Positions 11,491 to 23,468 of a stretch of DNA of 64,000 bases are shown here, one piece after another; the first letter of the stretch is position 1, and every line of letters starts with the position of its first letter. The translations under genes and the position numbers were made by a program. Below the pieces are notes generated by a model. That model was given only the letters and a program-made list of their open reading frames with translations, made no database searches and was not told the DNA's origin. Source of the stretch: Malacoraja senta (Eukaryota); NCBI GenBank assembly GCA_038087875.1, contig CM075992.1, positions 12,402,001 through 12,466,000 of the forward strand, read 5' to 3'.

Positions 11491-13440
11491 CACCAGGCTA
11501 GGCAGGCATCCACCCATCTGTCCTGCACATAGGCAATGGTATCTCTCAGCAGCGGCAGGCTATCTGAGATTTTCTTGCCAGGTACAGCACAGGTTTGGTC
11601 CGGGTGGATCAGCCGTCCCAGAGCAGACTTGACCCGGTTGGCGATGGCCTTAGACAGGATCTTATAATCTACATTCAACAATGTGATGGGTCTCCATTTC
11701 CTTATATCCTTCATCTCCCCCTTCTGCTTGTAGATTAGGGTGATGCTGCCCTTCCTCATCGAGTCTGACATGCTGCCTGCTAGAAGCATGTCGTTGTACA
11801 CTTCCAGCAGGTCCGGGACCACCCAGTCCCACAGAGCCGTATACAACTCGGACGGTAATCCATTGCTTCCGGGAGTTTTGCTCGAGTCAATGGAACGAAT
11901 GGAGCCAGTCAGCTCCTCTAGGGTCAGTGGTTGGTCCAGACTCTCCCGCTTGCTGTCCTCAAAGACCTCCGTGATAGAGGACAGGAAGTTCTGGGAGGCA
12001 GTGCTGTCTGTGGCCTCTCTGTCATGCAAATCTGTATAAAAGGATTTACAGATCCTCAGTATATCCATCTGCAAGGATGTTACCGAGCCGTCCTCCTCCC
12101 TAAGGCTGTTCATCACAGAGCTCCCCCTATGAACCTTATGGAAGAAGAAACGTGAGCACGTCTCATCCTGCTCCACATGGCGGACCCTGGATCGGAAGAT
12201 GATCTTGGAGGATTCAGAGGTAAAGAGCCGAGCTTGCCGGTCCCTCACCTCTCTAAGTTCCTCCCTCACATCCACCCCTCTCGACTGCAGAAGGAGCAGT
12301 TGCTGCAAATCTGTCTAGAGTTGGCACAATTCCCTCTGATTCTGTCTTGCTCTCTGAACCCCTTTAACTATGAATAACCTCGATGTTCTCCTTGGTTGCT
12401 TCCCACCAGAGTGTCGGGGAGTCAAAAAGGGGCCTCACCGTTCTCCAACATGCGTAGTCCCTCTTTAGCTCCTGAATGTTCTCTGGGGTAAACAGCTTCA
12501 CATTTAACTTCCACGTCCCTCTGCCTGCCTTCCGGTCCTCCTATAGGTGACAGGAAGCCTGAAGGAGGCAGTGGTCAGAGAAGAACTCCAGCGTGACTGA
12601 ACCTTCTGATCTCGACCAGGTGAACCGCGACTGGGACCCACCTTCAGGGTTGCTGAAGGCGTCTTGCAGCTTTGCATCTTTTACCGTCTCCATCAGGAGC
12701 TTGGACATGCTGTCCAGTCTGTTATCGGCACTGCCAGATCGTCCAGCCGCATCAATGATGCAGTTGAAGTCACCGGCCAGAACGAGCTGCCGGGACAAGG
12801 CCAGCAGCGGTGGGAGCGGCTGGAGAACGGTCAGCCACTCGCTCCGCTTGGGTGAGGCGTACACATTAATCAGCCGGAGTGGAGAGCCACTGTACATTAC
12901 ATCCACCACGCTGTCCTGCTCCAGGTCAGAGCCGGAGCAGTTTCAGTGGAGGAGCAGCTTCCAGGGAGCTGGGCCCGTCTCAGGACACCCACAGTTCAGC
13001 AACGAGGTGGAGAAATTAAATACACACAACATTTAGCACAAATGTGCTTATGATTTGTGAAAGTAGTGTTTGTGATGTGTCGTGGCTAAAATTATTGCAA
13101 TCTTGTGACATTTCCGATGAGGCTGAACTATATATTATATAATTAGTCGTCATACATCACAGAAATGGGAGCAGCCCATGTCCGCCATGATGTCCCATCT
13201 GCACTACTAATTCGGCCCGTGACCCTCTAAACCTTTCATGTCCGCTCATCACCAGCTGTCAGCACCCATCGGGGGGGGGGGGGGCGGGAGCTTGTGTTTC
13301 CAGTCCAGACCTCGGCACCCTAGGGTGTCAGCACCAGGAGCAGGGGCTGGTGTGGGGAGTGTGGGTGGGGAGGGTGAAGCAGCAGCTCACCGCCGACTGA
13401 GGCAGGTCAGACCCAACCGTGGCTTGTGATCACTGCCTAA

Positions 13441-14013
13441 TGGCTCTGTCCCACGGGCAGGCGGTTACTGGCGGTGATGCGCGGCGTCCCAGGAAGCAGG
13501 GACCGCGCGGCTACCGTGAGAGCGCCGCGCGTATGCTGCGGGAGCGCCGCATGGATCTGTCCCATGAGCATGCGGTAAGTTCAATCTTACCGGAAGCTGT
13601 TGCCGCACGTATGCCGGGTGGTGACCGCACGGCCTGTCCCACGGGCCGACTGGAATGGATGTCGCGCGGCGTCAGGTGAAGACGTCATCGCGCAACGCAA
13701 CGCGCTACGCTGTGATGTCAATTCGGCTCGCGGTGCTCGCGACGCACTGGCGGTGCTGTGGCGGTGCTGTGGCGGTGCTGTGGCGGTGCTCGTGCCGCAC
13801 TGGCGGCGGCTGTGCGGAAGGCCAACATTTTTGAACGGTGTCGACTTTTTGTGAGCACCGTGTGGTGTTGGGACCAACTACATACGGTCCCGGCGGTGTG
13901 CGTGGGACCGACCCCGCGGGCCATGCGCGGTCTCTGGCGGTTCACGAGCGGTCCCAACTTCCTGCTACACCGCCAGTAACTGCCAGTAACCGCATACCCA
14001 TGAGACAGGCCTT
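13441..14013. mobile_element. PIF/Harbinger-like MITE
   Basis: Absent from the other three units (empty site CACTGCCTTACACTGG); imperfect termini GGCTCTGTCCCACGGG / CCCATGAGACAGGCC; TAA/TTA target; CpG-rich. Confidence 0.65.
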
Positions 14014-14093
14014 TTACACTGGCTCCACATTCACATTCCCCACCGCACTGTGGCACCGGGTACATTTTACAATGTTTATAATTCTCATTCCAG

Positions 14094-14258
14094 GTCGCCA
14101 TCCCAGCGTGAGGGACGGGGAGGTGACCAGGACAGTCTGTTTCACCAAGGGTGAAAATCTCTGTGAGAAACATCAGGAGATCAGGGTGAAAAACTGCACC
14201 GGTTACTTTGTGTATCAGCTGTGGCCGTTACGCCACAATCACGCTGTGTATTGTACAG
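14094..14258 (+). CDS. D8C module 1 exon C
   Basis: ttccag|GT...ACAG|gtaggt, 165 nt, phase 1-1: GRHPSVRDGEVTRTVCFTKGENLCEKHQEIRVKNCTGYFVYQLWPLRHNHAVYCT. Confidence 0.92.
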
Positions 14259-14897
14259 GTAGGTCCCCGTTCCCCAGTCACACGGGCTGTTGGGGTTGTG
14301 GAGATATTCTGTGACTTCCACAAATTCATAACTCTCTGGGTGAAAACGTTTTTTCTCACTTCAGTCTTAAATGGCCTCCCCATTATTCTAAGACTGTGGC
14401 CCCTGGTTCTGGATTCGCCCAACATTGGGAACATTTTTCCTGCATCTAGCTTGTCCAGTCCTTTTATAATTTTATTTGTTTCTATAAGATCCCCCTCATC
14501 CTTCTAAACTCAAGTTTCCCTTTAGTCTTGCAGCTGTCTACAATCTCCCAGTACATTTGTTCTTCTAATTCCCACTGTCTATTTGAGGGCCTATCGTACA
14601 CTCCCAACAAGGTGATCATCCCCTTTTCAGTTTTCAGCTCCACTGGATGAACCATCAGTAATGTCATCTTTAACGATATATAGGAGTAGAGATGTTCTTC
14701 TGCAGTTGTATAGGGTTCTGGTAAGACCACATCTGGAGTATTGTGTGCAGTTTTGGTCTCCTAATTTGAGGAAGGACATCCTTTTGATTGAGGCTATGCA
14801 GTGTAGGTTCACGAGATCAATCCCTGGGATGGTGGGACTGTCATGTGAGGAAAGATTGAAAAGACTTGGCTTGTATTGACCGGAGTTTAGAAGGATG

Positions 14898-15375
14898 TGA
14901 AAAAGTTCACTTAGAAAGATAGACAAAGTACAAATTCTTAAGACCATACAAAGCTTTAATTTAACGTCTGACGGGTGTGGACCTAGAGACACAGAGGCAA
15001 CAGTTTCACGTCTGAATCTCCAGCAGCACACACACAGAAATACCAGAAAACGCGAATTTATATACGTACAAATATAAAACCAATTGCATGATGTAATGTA
15101 CAAAAACCATCATCCACCTCCAAATATGGAGTTGTTTTTCACTCTTTGCCAAAAGCCAGTCACCCCAATGGCATCCTCTGGGCCCCGTCTTATCTGATTA
15201 ACCTCTTCAACTTACATTAAAAAAACCTTGTAAGAGAGCTGTGAACTATTCAACTTAAAAGAAAAAAAAAACTGGCATGATAGGAGTTGTCCAAATCCCA
15301 TCATGCATTACAATTGGCCTTTTACAACAGGAAAGCTTAAATATGACAACAATCAATTAATAACTAACTCTTTCA
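14898..15375 (-). repeat. ERV 3' LTR with adjacent polypurine tract
   Basis: TGAAAAAG...CTTTCA, near-identical to 26122-26578; followed by TTCCTTCCTTTTT (AAAAAGGAAGGAA on the minus strand). Confidence 0.92.
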
Positions 15376-15412
15376 TTCCTTCCTTTTTATCAGAAACTGA
15401 TAACAATTACAG

Positions 15413-16575
15413 TCATTGGTTAGTACATAATAGAGGCTTCAGACATTTCAGTACATAGATTAATATAATGATCAGCAGTACAATAGATCCATAATGTATT
15501 ATCAATCCCCATATTCCTCCAAACATACTAAATGGCCACCATTCTACACCTTTATTAAAGTTATGCATTTCTTCCCCTACCTCTGTAATCTTCTTTATTT
15601 CTGCAGTAATATGTGCTGCTAAATCTGTAATGTTAGAAGATTCATCAGGGATGTAAGTGCAGCATTCACACCCTATAATACCACAAGTACCCCCTATTAT
15701 CCTATAGGGATATACGACAAAGTGCATCCATTTCAGCCATAATGGATGAAAGGGCCTTTTACTTGTAGGTAAAGATGTCCACCATTTAATTAAACAATTT
15801 CTCCAATCTAGGGGACATATTAATCAATTCCCGTGATAGACAGGCTGTCCCATAGAGTGGGAAAGCAATCATCCAGAAATGCTCTGACTCTGATATACTT
15901 CACTTAGCCCTCATCGGGAATATACAATTCAGTTTAGATGTTACACAGTTCTCACGTGAGGGACAACAAAGGCCAAATAACAACATCCCCTTCAGTTGTA
16001 GGTTGACCTAATCAACCTTTCCCAGTTCTTCTCATCCCCAGGTACATACCAGGTAACCATAGATATGCCCAAAATCCACATACAAAATACGTCCCATTTA
16101 TTGGAGTCAGCGGCCATTAGCACTAACCTTGGTGCAGGTGCTGTTCCTCAAGTATACTCCGTTGCTTCTTCTGTCACAATAACCGGTGGTATTAACTGGG
16201 CTCTGGGGCAATTCACTAATTTAAGCCATTGTATTTCCCAAACCTGGTCTAATTTACCATCCATCCTGTCTTAAAAGAGGCCACATACCATTCTTTAAAT
16301 ATGGGTCCTTGACTTTGCCATTCTGAAGGCACCCATTAGTTGCTTTGTTATTGCGAAAACAGTAAACAGTAAAGGCCAGAATCTCAGTAAGGTTAAGTGG
16401 TATTGTTACGAGGGGTATTCCTTCTCCACCATTATATGGGATGTGCGTACACAACCAGCATACATTTATTATTACGAAGGGCAAATTCAAAACTCATAAA
16501 CAAAAACAGATTATTTCCCCAAGTCCAGTCCATATGGGCCAACCCCAGAATATAAAAGAGGGTCAATAGCCCCAT
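15413..16575 (-). pseudogene. env: ERV env remnant (gamma-type SU/TM)
   Basis: SU CWLC (CxxC) at ~16460; TM GGTCGIIGCECCTYIPD (CX6CC) followed by hydrophobic IVLLIIILIYVL; frameshifts and stops. Confidence 0.85.
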
Positions 16576-17159
16576 TGTCCTTTCTTGGTTCTCCGAACTG
16601 TTTAAAGTCAATCAGATGAATCCAACGCGGTGATCTTCAATCTTCACAGCAGTTTATGTTGTTGATACCACTTGGTACAGTTCTGTTCAACACAGTTTTA
16701 ATTCCTTCCGTCCCAATGCCGCATCAGTATGTAGTCTGACAGTATGAACTCGTCCCTGTTTTCAACTGGTAGTGGTCTCTGCGCTTCTTGTACCTTAGAA
16801 TGCAGACCTGGCAAGGCATGGGTTAATTGCTGTGTATAATAATTAGTTAATCACTGAGGGCCTGTAGGTGAAACTTCCACACTTGAGTCGCACCACCAGT
16901 GGGTACGTAGCCTGTGGTCACCCTCAGTTCATAGCATCCTTCCCACAGCTCGCAGTCACCCAGCCCTGCGTCACCTGCAAATCTGCCAATGCTACCATCA
17001 CCATCACATTGCATTACATCGGCATACTCGGTTTCTCTCAGATCTGATGGCTATCAATGTCCCAAGATAGGTGAACAATAGCGACATGTCCATCGCAATC
17101 TATCCTAGAAAGGGATTTCTTAAAAGAAATAAGTTAACTATTTATCTTTTAGGCACCAT

Positions 17160-17400
17160 ACTGACAATCTTACAGTGGTTAAAGTGAACCCACGCATGTC
17201 TCCCCTTCACCTTTTCTGCGGTAAGGGTTGTTAGAAGGACCTGGTAATGCCTTTCCCACCGAATGTCCAGTCTCTTCCTCATCCAATTCCTGATTATTAC
17301 ACGTACCAGGTTCAATTTTAGACATAGGAGTTCTATTGTACATCCTTCAATGTCCTGGTTAACGATAAAATATAATTAGTCATTTCCATTGTCATGTGAT
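17160..17400 (-). pseudogene. ERV pol integrase C-terminal remnant
   Basis: MTNYILSLTRTL...YQVLLTTLTAEKVKGRHAWVHFNHCK (GPY/F-type tail). Confidence 0.75.
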
Positions 17401-17853
17401 GAAAGTGAACAGCCTTTGGAGTATTCTGGTTCCATGTTGCCACGAGTGGATGGTCATATAAAATCTCTGCTGAATTCCTTTTATTGTCATTCAAACAATT
17501 CAAACAAACAAAAGTTTGAACAGATTTTCGTTCCCTGCAGTCATAACAGCAAAAACAAAACACACAGTTCCACACAACATCCAGCACAGTGAATCTCCAT
17601 ACAACTCCTTACTGTGATGGAAGGCAAAAGTCCCATCTCTCTATCCCTTCTTATCTGTTTCACTGGAGAAAGCCTGTCCCAAGAGAAATACAAGCAACAT
17701 GATCTTGTGAAGTATCTCAGCAAGCAATGTAATATGAATTAGCTCTTTCATGCCTTGCGATTCATTTTGGCCAAAAATTTCACACAAAACAATAGTAAGA
17801 TTAAACGAGAACTTACCAGTTTGAAGTTTGATCTTTATTTTATGAGGAGTAAC

Positions 17854-18760
17854 ATAGATACATAGATACATAGAAATTAGGTGCAGGAGTAGGCCATTCG
17901 GCCCTTCGAGCCTGCACCGCCATTCAATACGATCATGGCTGATCATCCAACTCAGTATCCCGTACCTGCCTTCTCTCCATACCCCCTGATCCCTTTAGCC
18001 ACAAGGGCCACATCTAATTCCCTCTTAAATATAGCCAATGAACTGGCCTCAACTACCCTCTGTGGCAGAGAGTTCCAGAGATTCACCACTCTCTGTGTGA
18101 AAAAGTTTTTCCTCATCTCGGTCTTAAAGGATTTCCCCCTTATCCTTAAGCTGTGACCCCTTGTCCTGGACTTCCCCAACATCGGGAACAATCTTCCTGC
18201 ATCTAGCCTGTCCATCCCCATAAGAATCTTGTACGTTTCTATAAGATCCCCTCTCAATCTCCTAAATTCTAGCGAGTATAAGCCAAGTCTATCCAGTCTT
18301 TCTTCATATGAAAGTCCTGACATCCCAGGAATCAGTCTGGTGAACCTTCTCTGCACTCCCTCTATGGCTATAATGTCCTTCCTCAGATTTGGAGACCAAA
18401 ACTGTACGCAATACTCCAGGTGTGGTCTCACCAAGACCCTGTACAACTGCAGTAGAACCTCGCTGCTCCTATACTCAAATCCTCTTGCTATGAAGGCCAA
18501 CATACCATTCGCTTTCTTCACTGCCTGCTGCACCTGCATGCCTACTTTCAATGACTGGTGTACCATGACACCCAGGTCTCGCTGCATCTCCCCATTTCCT
18601 AATCGGCCACCATTTAGATAATAGTCTGCCTTCCCGTTTTTGCTACCAAAGTGGATAACCTCACATTTATCCACATTATACTGCATCTGCCAAACATTTG
18701 CCCACTCACCCAGCCTATCCAAGTCACCTTGCAGTCTCCTAGCATCCTCCTCACAGCTAA
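17854..18760 (-). mobile_element. Young CR1 3' fragment inserted in the DIRS terminal repeat
   Basis: Open 256-aa frame 17952-18722; (ATAGATAC)n tail; splits GAGGAGTAAC|GTTGAGG with TAAC on both sides. Confidence 0.9.
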
Positions 18761-18923
18761 CGTTGAGGAATTACGTTAAGACCCCGTCCAGCCGCACACA
18801 CGTCAATCTTTCAAAGCAGCGGAGTGACAATCACAGACGATAATTACTGAAGTATGATAGTAAGATGCATAAAGACTTAGAACTACCAGCTTGATCCTTT
18901 TATGAGGGTGGGAGCGGAGGGCA

Positions 18924-19035
18924 CGTAATCCCTGAACGTTACTCCTCATAAAAATAAAGATCAAACTTCAAACTGGTAAGTTCTCGTTTAATCTTACTAT
19001 TTTACTTCGGAGTCACGTGAGTGACTACGTGAAGA
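18924..19035. repeat. DIRS internal complementary region (ICR)
   Basis: Reverse complement of the left terminus (17791-17853) joined through ATT to the reverse complement of the right terminus (~23669-23705). Confidence 0.9.
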
Positions 19036-19202
19036 TTTCAAAGCTCTGTGATTTCACACCGTGGATTCAAATCCAGGTGTTCACTGCATCGATTGACTCT
19101 ATTTGAGTAAGCACAATCAACAATGCATAACCACGACATTTGAATGTAATCAGTTAATGGTTTTATTTAATTTAATAAAAGTAACAAAATTAGGCCCATT
19201 TA

Positions 19203-20193
19203 TTATAATGGGGGATTTAATACTGTATCCAGCACGGCATCACCAAACCCTCTGAGATCTTTAATCTCCTTATGGTAATACTTGTGAAACATCTGTTCAC
19301 TTGCCCATCCTGCGGCCGCGAGAATAAGGTCTATTGTCTGAATCCCTGGCCGCTGATGTTGATGCCGCCCTGGTGGAATGAGATTTAAATTTATCAGTAT
19401 CAATACCTGAATATCTCAACACCTGTTTCAACCATCGTGAGATTGTTTGTGTTGACACTTTCTTATGAGGCTTCTTATGACTAATAAAACATACCAATTC
19501 GGTGCCTCTTAAAACCTTTGTTGTTTCTATGTAACATTTCACATATGTTACTACACACAGTCGTGGATCAGTAGGATATGCTAAAAATTCCAACTTGCAT
19601 CCTGTGAACCTAGGTCTACTTTGCTTCAGGAAATCATAGACATAGAATGTCATGGCATTTGGCCCTACTTTCATTCTATCAATTCTGAGTTTCTGTAATG
19701 TTTGAACTCTCTGAGCTGAAACTAATGCCATGAGCACAACCAATTTCATGGTGATTTTGGATAATGACAGAGTTTCAACTGGATTCCAATTCCTTAGCAA
19801 CATCAGTACATCTTTTACATTCCAAATTTCTTTATACCTAGGTCTGGGAGGATTAGAGTTGAAAATTCCTTTCATAAACCTACAGACCCAAGGATGTGCT
19901 CCTATTGGAGTTTGTTCTGATTCACTGCTTAAATATGCAGAGAGTGCACTTCGTGCAGTATTAATTGCACTATAATTTAATTTTAATTCATAGTATAGAG
20001 TAGAAAGGAACTCTATTACATCTGAAATTTCTGCTGGGTTATATGCAATATGTTTCCCTGAACAAAATTCCTCCCATTTCTTTATATAGGAGATGTACTG
20101 CTTCTGGGTACTATTCCTCCAGGCTGTTGTTATAACATCCACCGTACGGTCTGATAATCCTTTTCCAAGATATGGCCTTCTTAGAATCTGCAA
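19203..20193 (-). pseudogene. DIRS tyrosine recombinase, one frameshift near 19345
   Basis: SAQRVQTL, KSHSTRAASTS (HxxR), then in another frame ILAAAGWASEQMFHKYY carrying the putative catalytic Tyr. Confidence 0.88.
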
Positions 20194-21990
20194 ATCAACA
20201 AACCAATATGATCATGTAAAGGATGTGGTTCATCAGTCACAGGGTGTATAAGCAGTTTAATCTGCTTTGGAATAACCATAAGGGTTTTTTTAATTATTTT
20301 TAACACCAGTGGGTACCATAGCTGTTTAGGCCAATCTGGTACTACCAAAATCCCTGAGGCTGAATCTTGTTTAATTTTCTGTATGCATCTGTGGGTTAAA
20401 CAAAATGGTGGAAACGCATACAGAAACATACCACCCCAATGTAGCGAGAAAGCATCCACCACTACTGCTCCAGGATCAGGTTCCCATGACACATACTTAG
20501 GCAAACTGGTGGTTCAATCTTGATGCAAACAGATCAATTTCTGGCATTCCAAATTGTGTGATAATTTGTGTGAATATCATTAAATTTACGTGATCTTTTG
20601 TCTGTAATTGTATTAAATTTACCTGGTAAATATATTGCTGACAGCCAAATTTTCCTGGCAATACCCCAGGTCCAAATTTCATTCGCTAATTTATCACATG
20701 ATTCTGATTTTATACCACCCATGTGATTTATGTATGCTACAGCTGTAGTATTGTCAACCTGCACCTGAACATTCACATTTCCCATATCAGTGCAATAAGC
20801 TCTAAGGCCGTAAAATGCGCCTAATAGCTCTAGGTAATTGATTCCTAGATTTTCCAGCAAAGGTGCTTCATTCACATTCCACCTACCTCCACAGCTGGAC
20901 ATCATGTTAGTAGCGCCACAACCCAGCGCACTTACATCAGTCTGTAGAGTGACGGAAGGTGTTTCTACCAGGACTTTTCTGGAAGCATTAGAAACATTGT
21001 TAATCCACCATTCTATTTCTGTAATGGATTAAATTGTTAATTTCATGGGCCTGTCAAAATGCCCTCTATTCATTTTTAACGCTTGTACCTTAGCTCTCTG
21101 TAAACATTGATAATGCAATGGTCCAAACGTGACCGCTGGAAACCCTGCAATTAATTTGCCTAGCAAGCTTGCCACTTCTCTAATTGAAGGTGTGTCCTCG
21201 TTAATGAGTTTTATGCAACCTTCAATTAACTGCAGCTTTTATCTTTTGGCAAAGTGATTACCATGTGTTCGGAGTTAATTGTGAACCCTAGGTAATCAAT
21301 CTTTTTGCTTGGTAACAATTTAGATTTTTGTAGGTGAATAATTAAACCTAATTTCTCAAAAATTTATTTGACTCTGGATACTGACAATTTTGCAGCAGCC
21401 AAAGTGTCCCCTACAGTGAGGATATCCTCTAAATAAGCCATTAATACATGGCCCTCAGCTCTTAACAGAGCTAAAATTGGTTTGAGCAATTAAGTGAATA
21501 ATCTTGGTGCTGAAATCAGACCATTGGGCAATGCTTTAAATTGCCATAACTGACTCATCCATCTAAATTTCAAATATCTTTGATCATTACCATGCATTGC
21601 CACGGAATAATATGCATCTTGCAGATCTATGCTTGCCATGTAGCAATTTTCTGTGATTAGCGAATTGCATTAGTAAATGTTTCCATTTTGAAATGTTTGT
21701 ATTGTACATAAAGGTTAAGATTTGTCAGATCCAATATGATTCTACATCCACCATCCTTTTTTGTTCTTGGAAAAATATTTGATACAAACTGATGGTGTTG
21801 TTCTACTGACTTCTCTATTACCCCCTTTTTGGTTAAAGTTTCTAATTCTCCTTTGATCAACTTATTCTCTTCTTTTGAGAAAATTCGTGACCAGTTTGAA
21901 TTTTCTTGCCTTGGAGGATCCAAATGTGGATAGAAACACAATTTTGAATCCTACAATGCTATTTAGAATAAATGAATCATTTATTATTAA
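20181..21990 (-). pseudogene. DIRS RT - RNase H - DNA N6-adenine methyltransferase-like ORF (disrupted)
   Basis: KKDGGCRIILDL..LN...HFKME; IDLQDAY; MAYLEDIL (YLDD altered); INYLELLG, VDNTTAVAYINHMGG; IDLFASRLN...DAF...YAFPPF. Confidence 0.88.
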
Positions 21991-22299
21991 CTGTCATTCT
22001 TTTAGGAAGAATCGTAACCTTCCCCCTACTTGTGAATGTGAAACATTTATTGTATTCCTTACCAGACCAGGACCCCCTACCTCGGGGTTTGCCACCGGCA
22101 ATTGTCCGCTTCTGGTAGGCACATTGTAACCTCCACGTATCCCCGGTGCAGCACGCCAACGTGTATACGAGAATGATCGGCTTGTTCCTTCTCCAGCACC
22201 AGTATTCCGCCTGTAGGGATACTGCCTTCGCACCGCTCTGCTCATCATCGGTGGTTTCATCATCATGCCAAGGTTCTTGACTCTTCATTCAAGTCCTTT

Positions 22300-23468
22300 T
22301 AGCTTCTTTGCTAGAATTTCTCCAAACAGCAGCTTAGGCATTTGTATGTTGGTTGGTTTGCAGAGCCCTGCATACTTAGGATGAATATTTGGTCTTATTG
22401 CATTTTTACGAATATAATTTATTTCAAAATTGTGCACCACACATCAGTGCTAGAGCATCTTGTTGTGAATCTGATACATAATCATCATCCAAACCTCTGG
22501 CAAATGCCGTGATGCCTGACCCCAGCAATTTCAATACACGTTGCAATTTCAATTCTTGTGAGCGTAAACCAATGCTCAAATAACCCCAAATCAAGTTATT
22601 TACTGCTGGAACTGTCAGCAATTCACAATTTGCTGGGGCCTCGTACTGTTTCATAGTCTCATCCATAGTTACTTCCTGGAGCTGATGGGAGAGTAGATAG
22701 TTTATAGTCATTGCTATTTCCTCCCTCAAAGGTTTCCCCTTTATTCTAGGAACAGCAAACTTTTGTGCTAGTCCAGGAACTTTCAGCTCTGATAATGGGC
22801 TCTCATCCTCATAGAATTCATCTTCTGAATCTAGATGTTCCTATTCAGGTTGGGTAAATTCTGGCTCCCCTGTTTCAGGTAAGTTTATGCCAGATTCCCC
22901 CTGCACGGGCTCTTTTATAGGCCCACGGATAGGCAGCCCTGTTTCAGGTGCTGCTGGCTCTGGCTCAACTCTAGGCCAACGCTTCATAATTTTCCCTTTA
23001 GGAACTTTCGGTGCTGGCACATAAGTATGTTTGTACTGTCTTTTTTGAGACATTTCTGGTACTGGCTCTTCAGTAGGCCAGCACATATACTGCCTTTTTT
23101 CAGGCATATCTGGCACTGGCTCTCCTGTAGGCCAACCACTGTAATACCTTTGCACAGTCATTTCTGATGGCTCTCCTGTAGGCCACACTTGTGCCTGTCC
23201 CAACCAAGGCACACCCTGTGCTGTATCCTCCTTTGGCCAACACCGACCTGATTCCTCCTGTGGGGGTTCTTTCCGAGTCTACAGGTCGGGCCGACTTTTG
23301 TCCAGCCTTGCGCCCCGCAGCCGGCGGTTTAACGGCACATTCGACCGTAATGGGAGTTGATGGCTTCGATGCCACTGCCTCCTCTTCCTGACGCCCGCTA
23401 CCCTTAGCATCGGGGGTTTTACCTGCGGTGCGTCCCTGGCCTCTCCTTCCCCTACGCCCTTTCTCCAT
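22300..23468 (-). pseudogene. DIRS gag-like ORF1 remnant
   Basis: YEAPANCELLTVPAVNNLIW...QELKLQRV, resembling DIRS ORF1; upstream proline-rich repeats; position upstream of RT. Confidence 0.6.

Larger units (their letters stand above)
8504..12910 (-). mobile_element. Tx1/L1-clade LINE ORF2 (EN-RT-Cys), 5' truncated, decayed; copy 1 in intron B-C
   Basis: LINVYA..LAGDFNC..FFSDH endonuclease; KTPGSNGLP, WRPITLLNVDYKIL, SGVRQGCPLSP, LYMDD RT motifs; CPRDGC..E zinc knuckle; poly-T tail at 8504. Confidence 0.9.

Noticed and set aside
15413..15727. Domesticated (syncytin-like) env
   Set aside because: Env is broken by frameshifts and deletions; only the TM tail is open.
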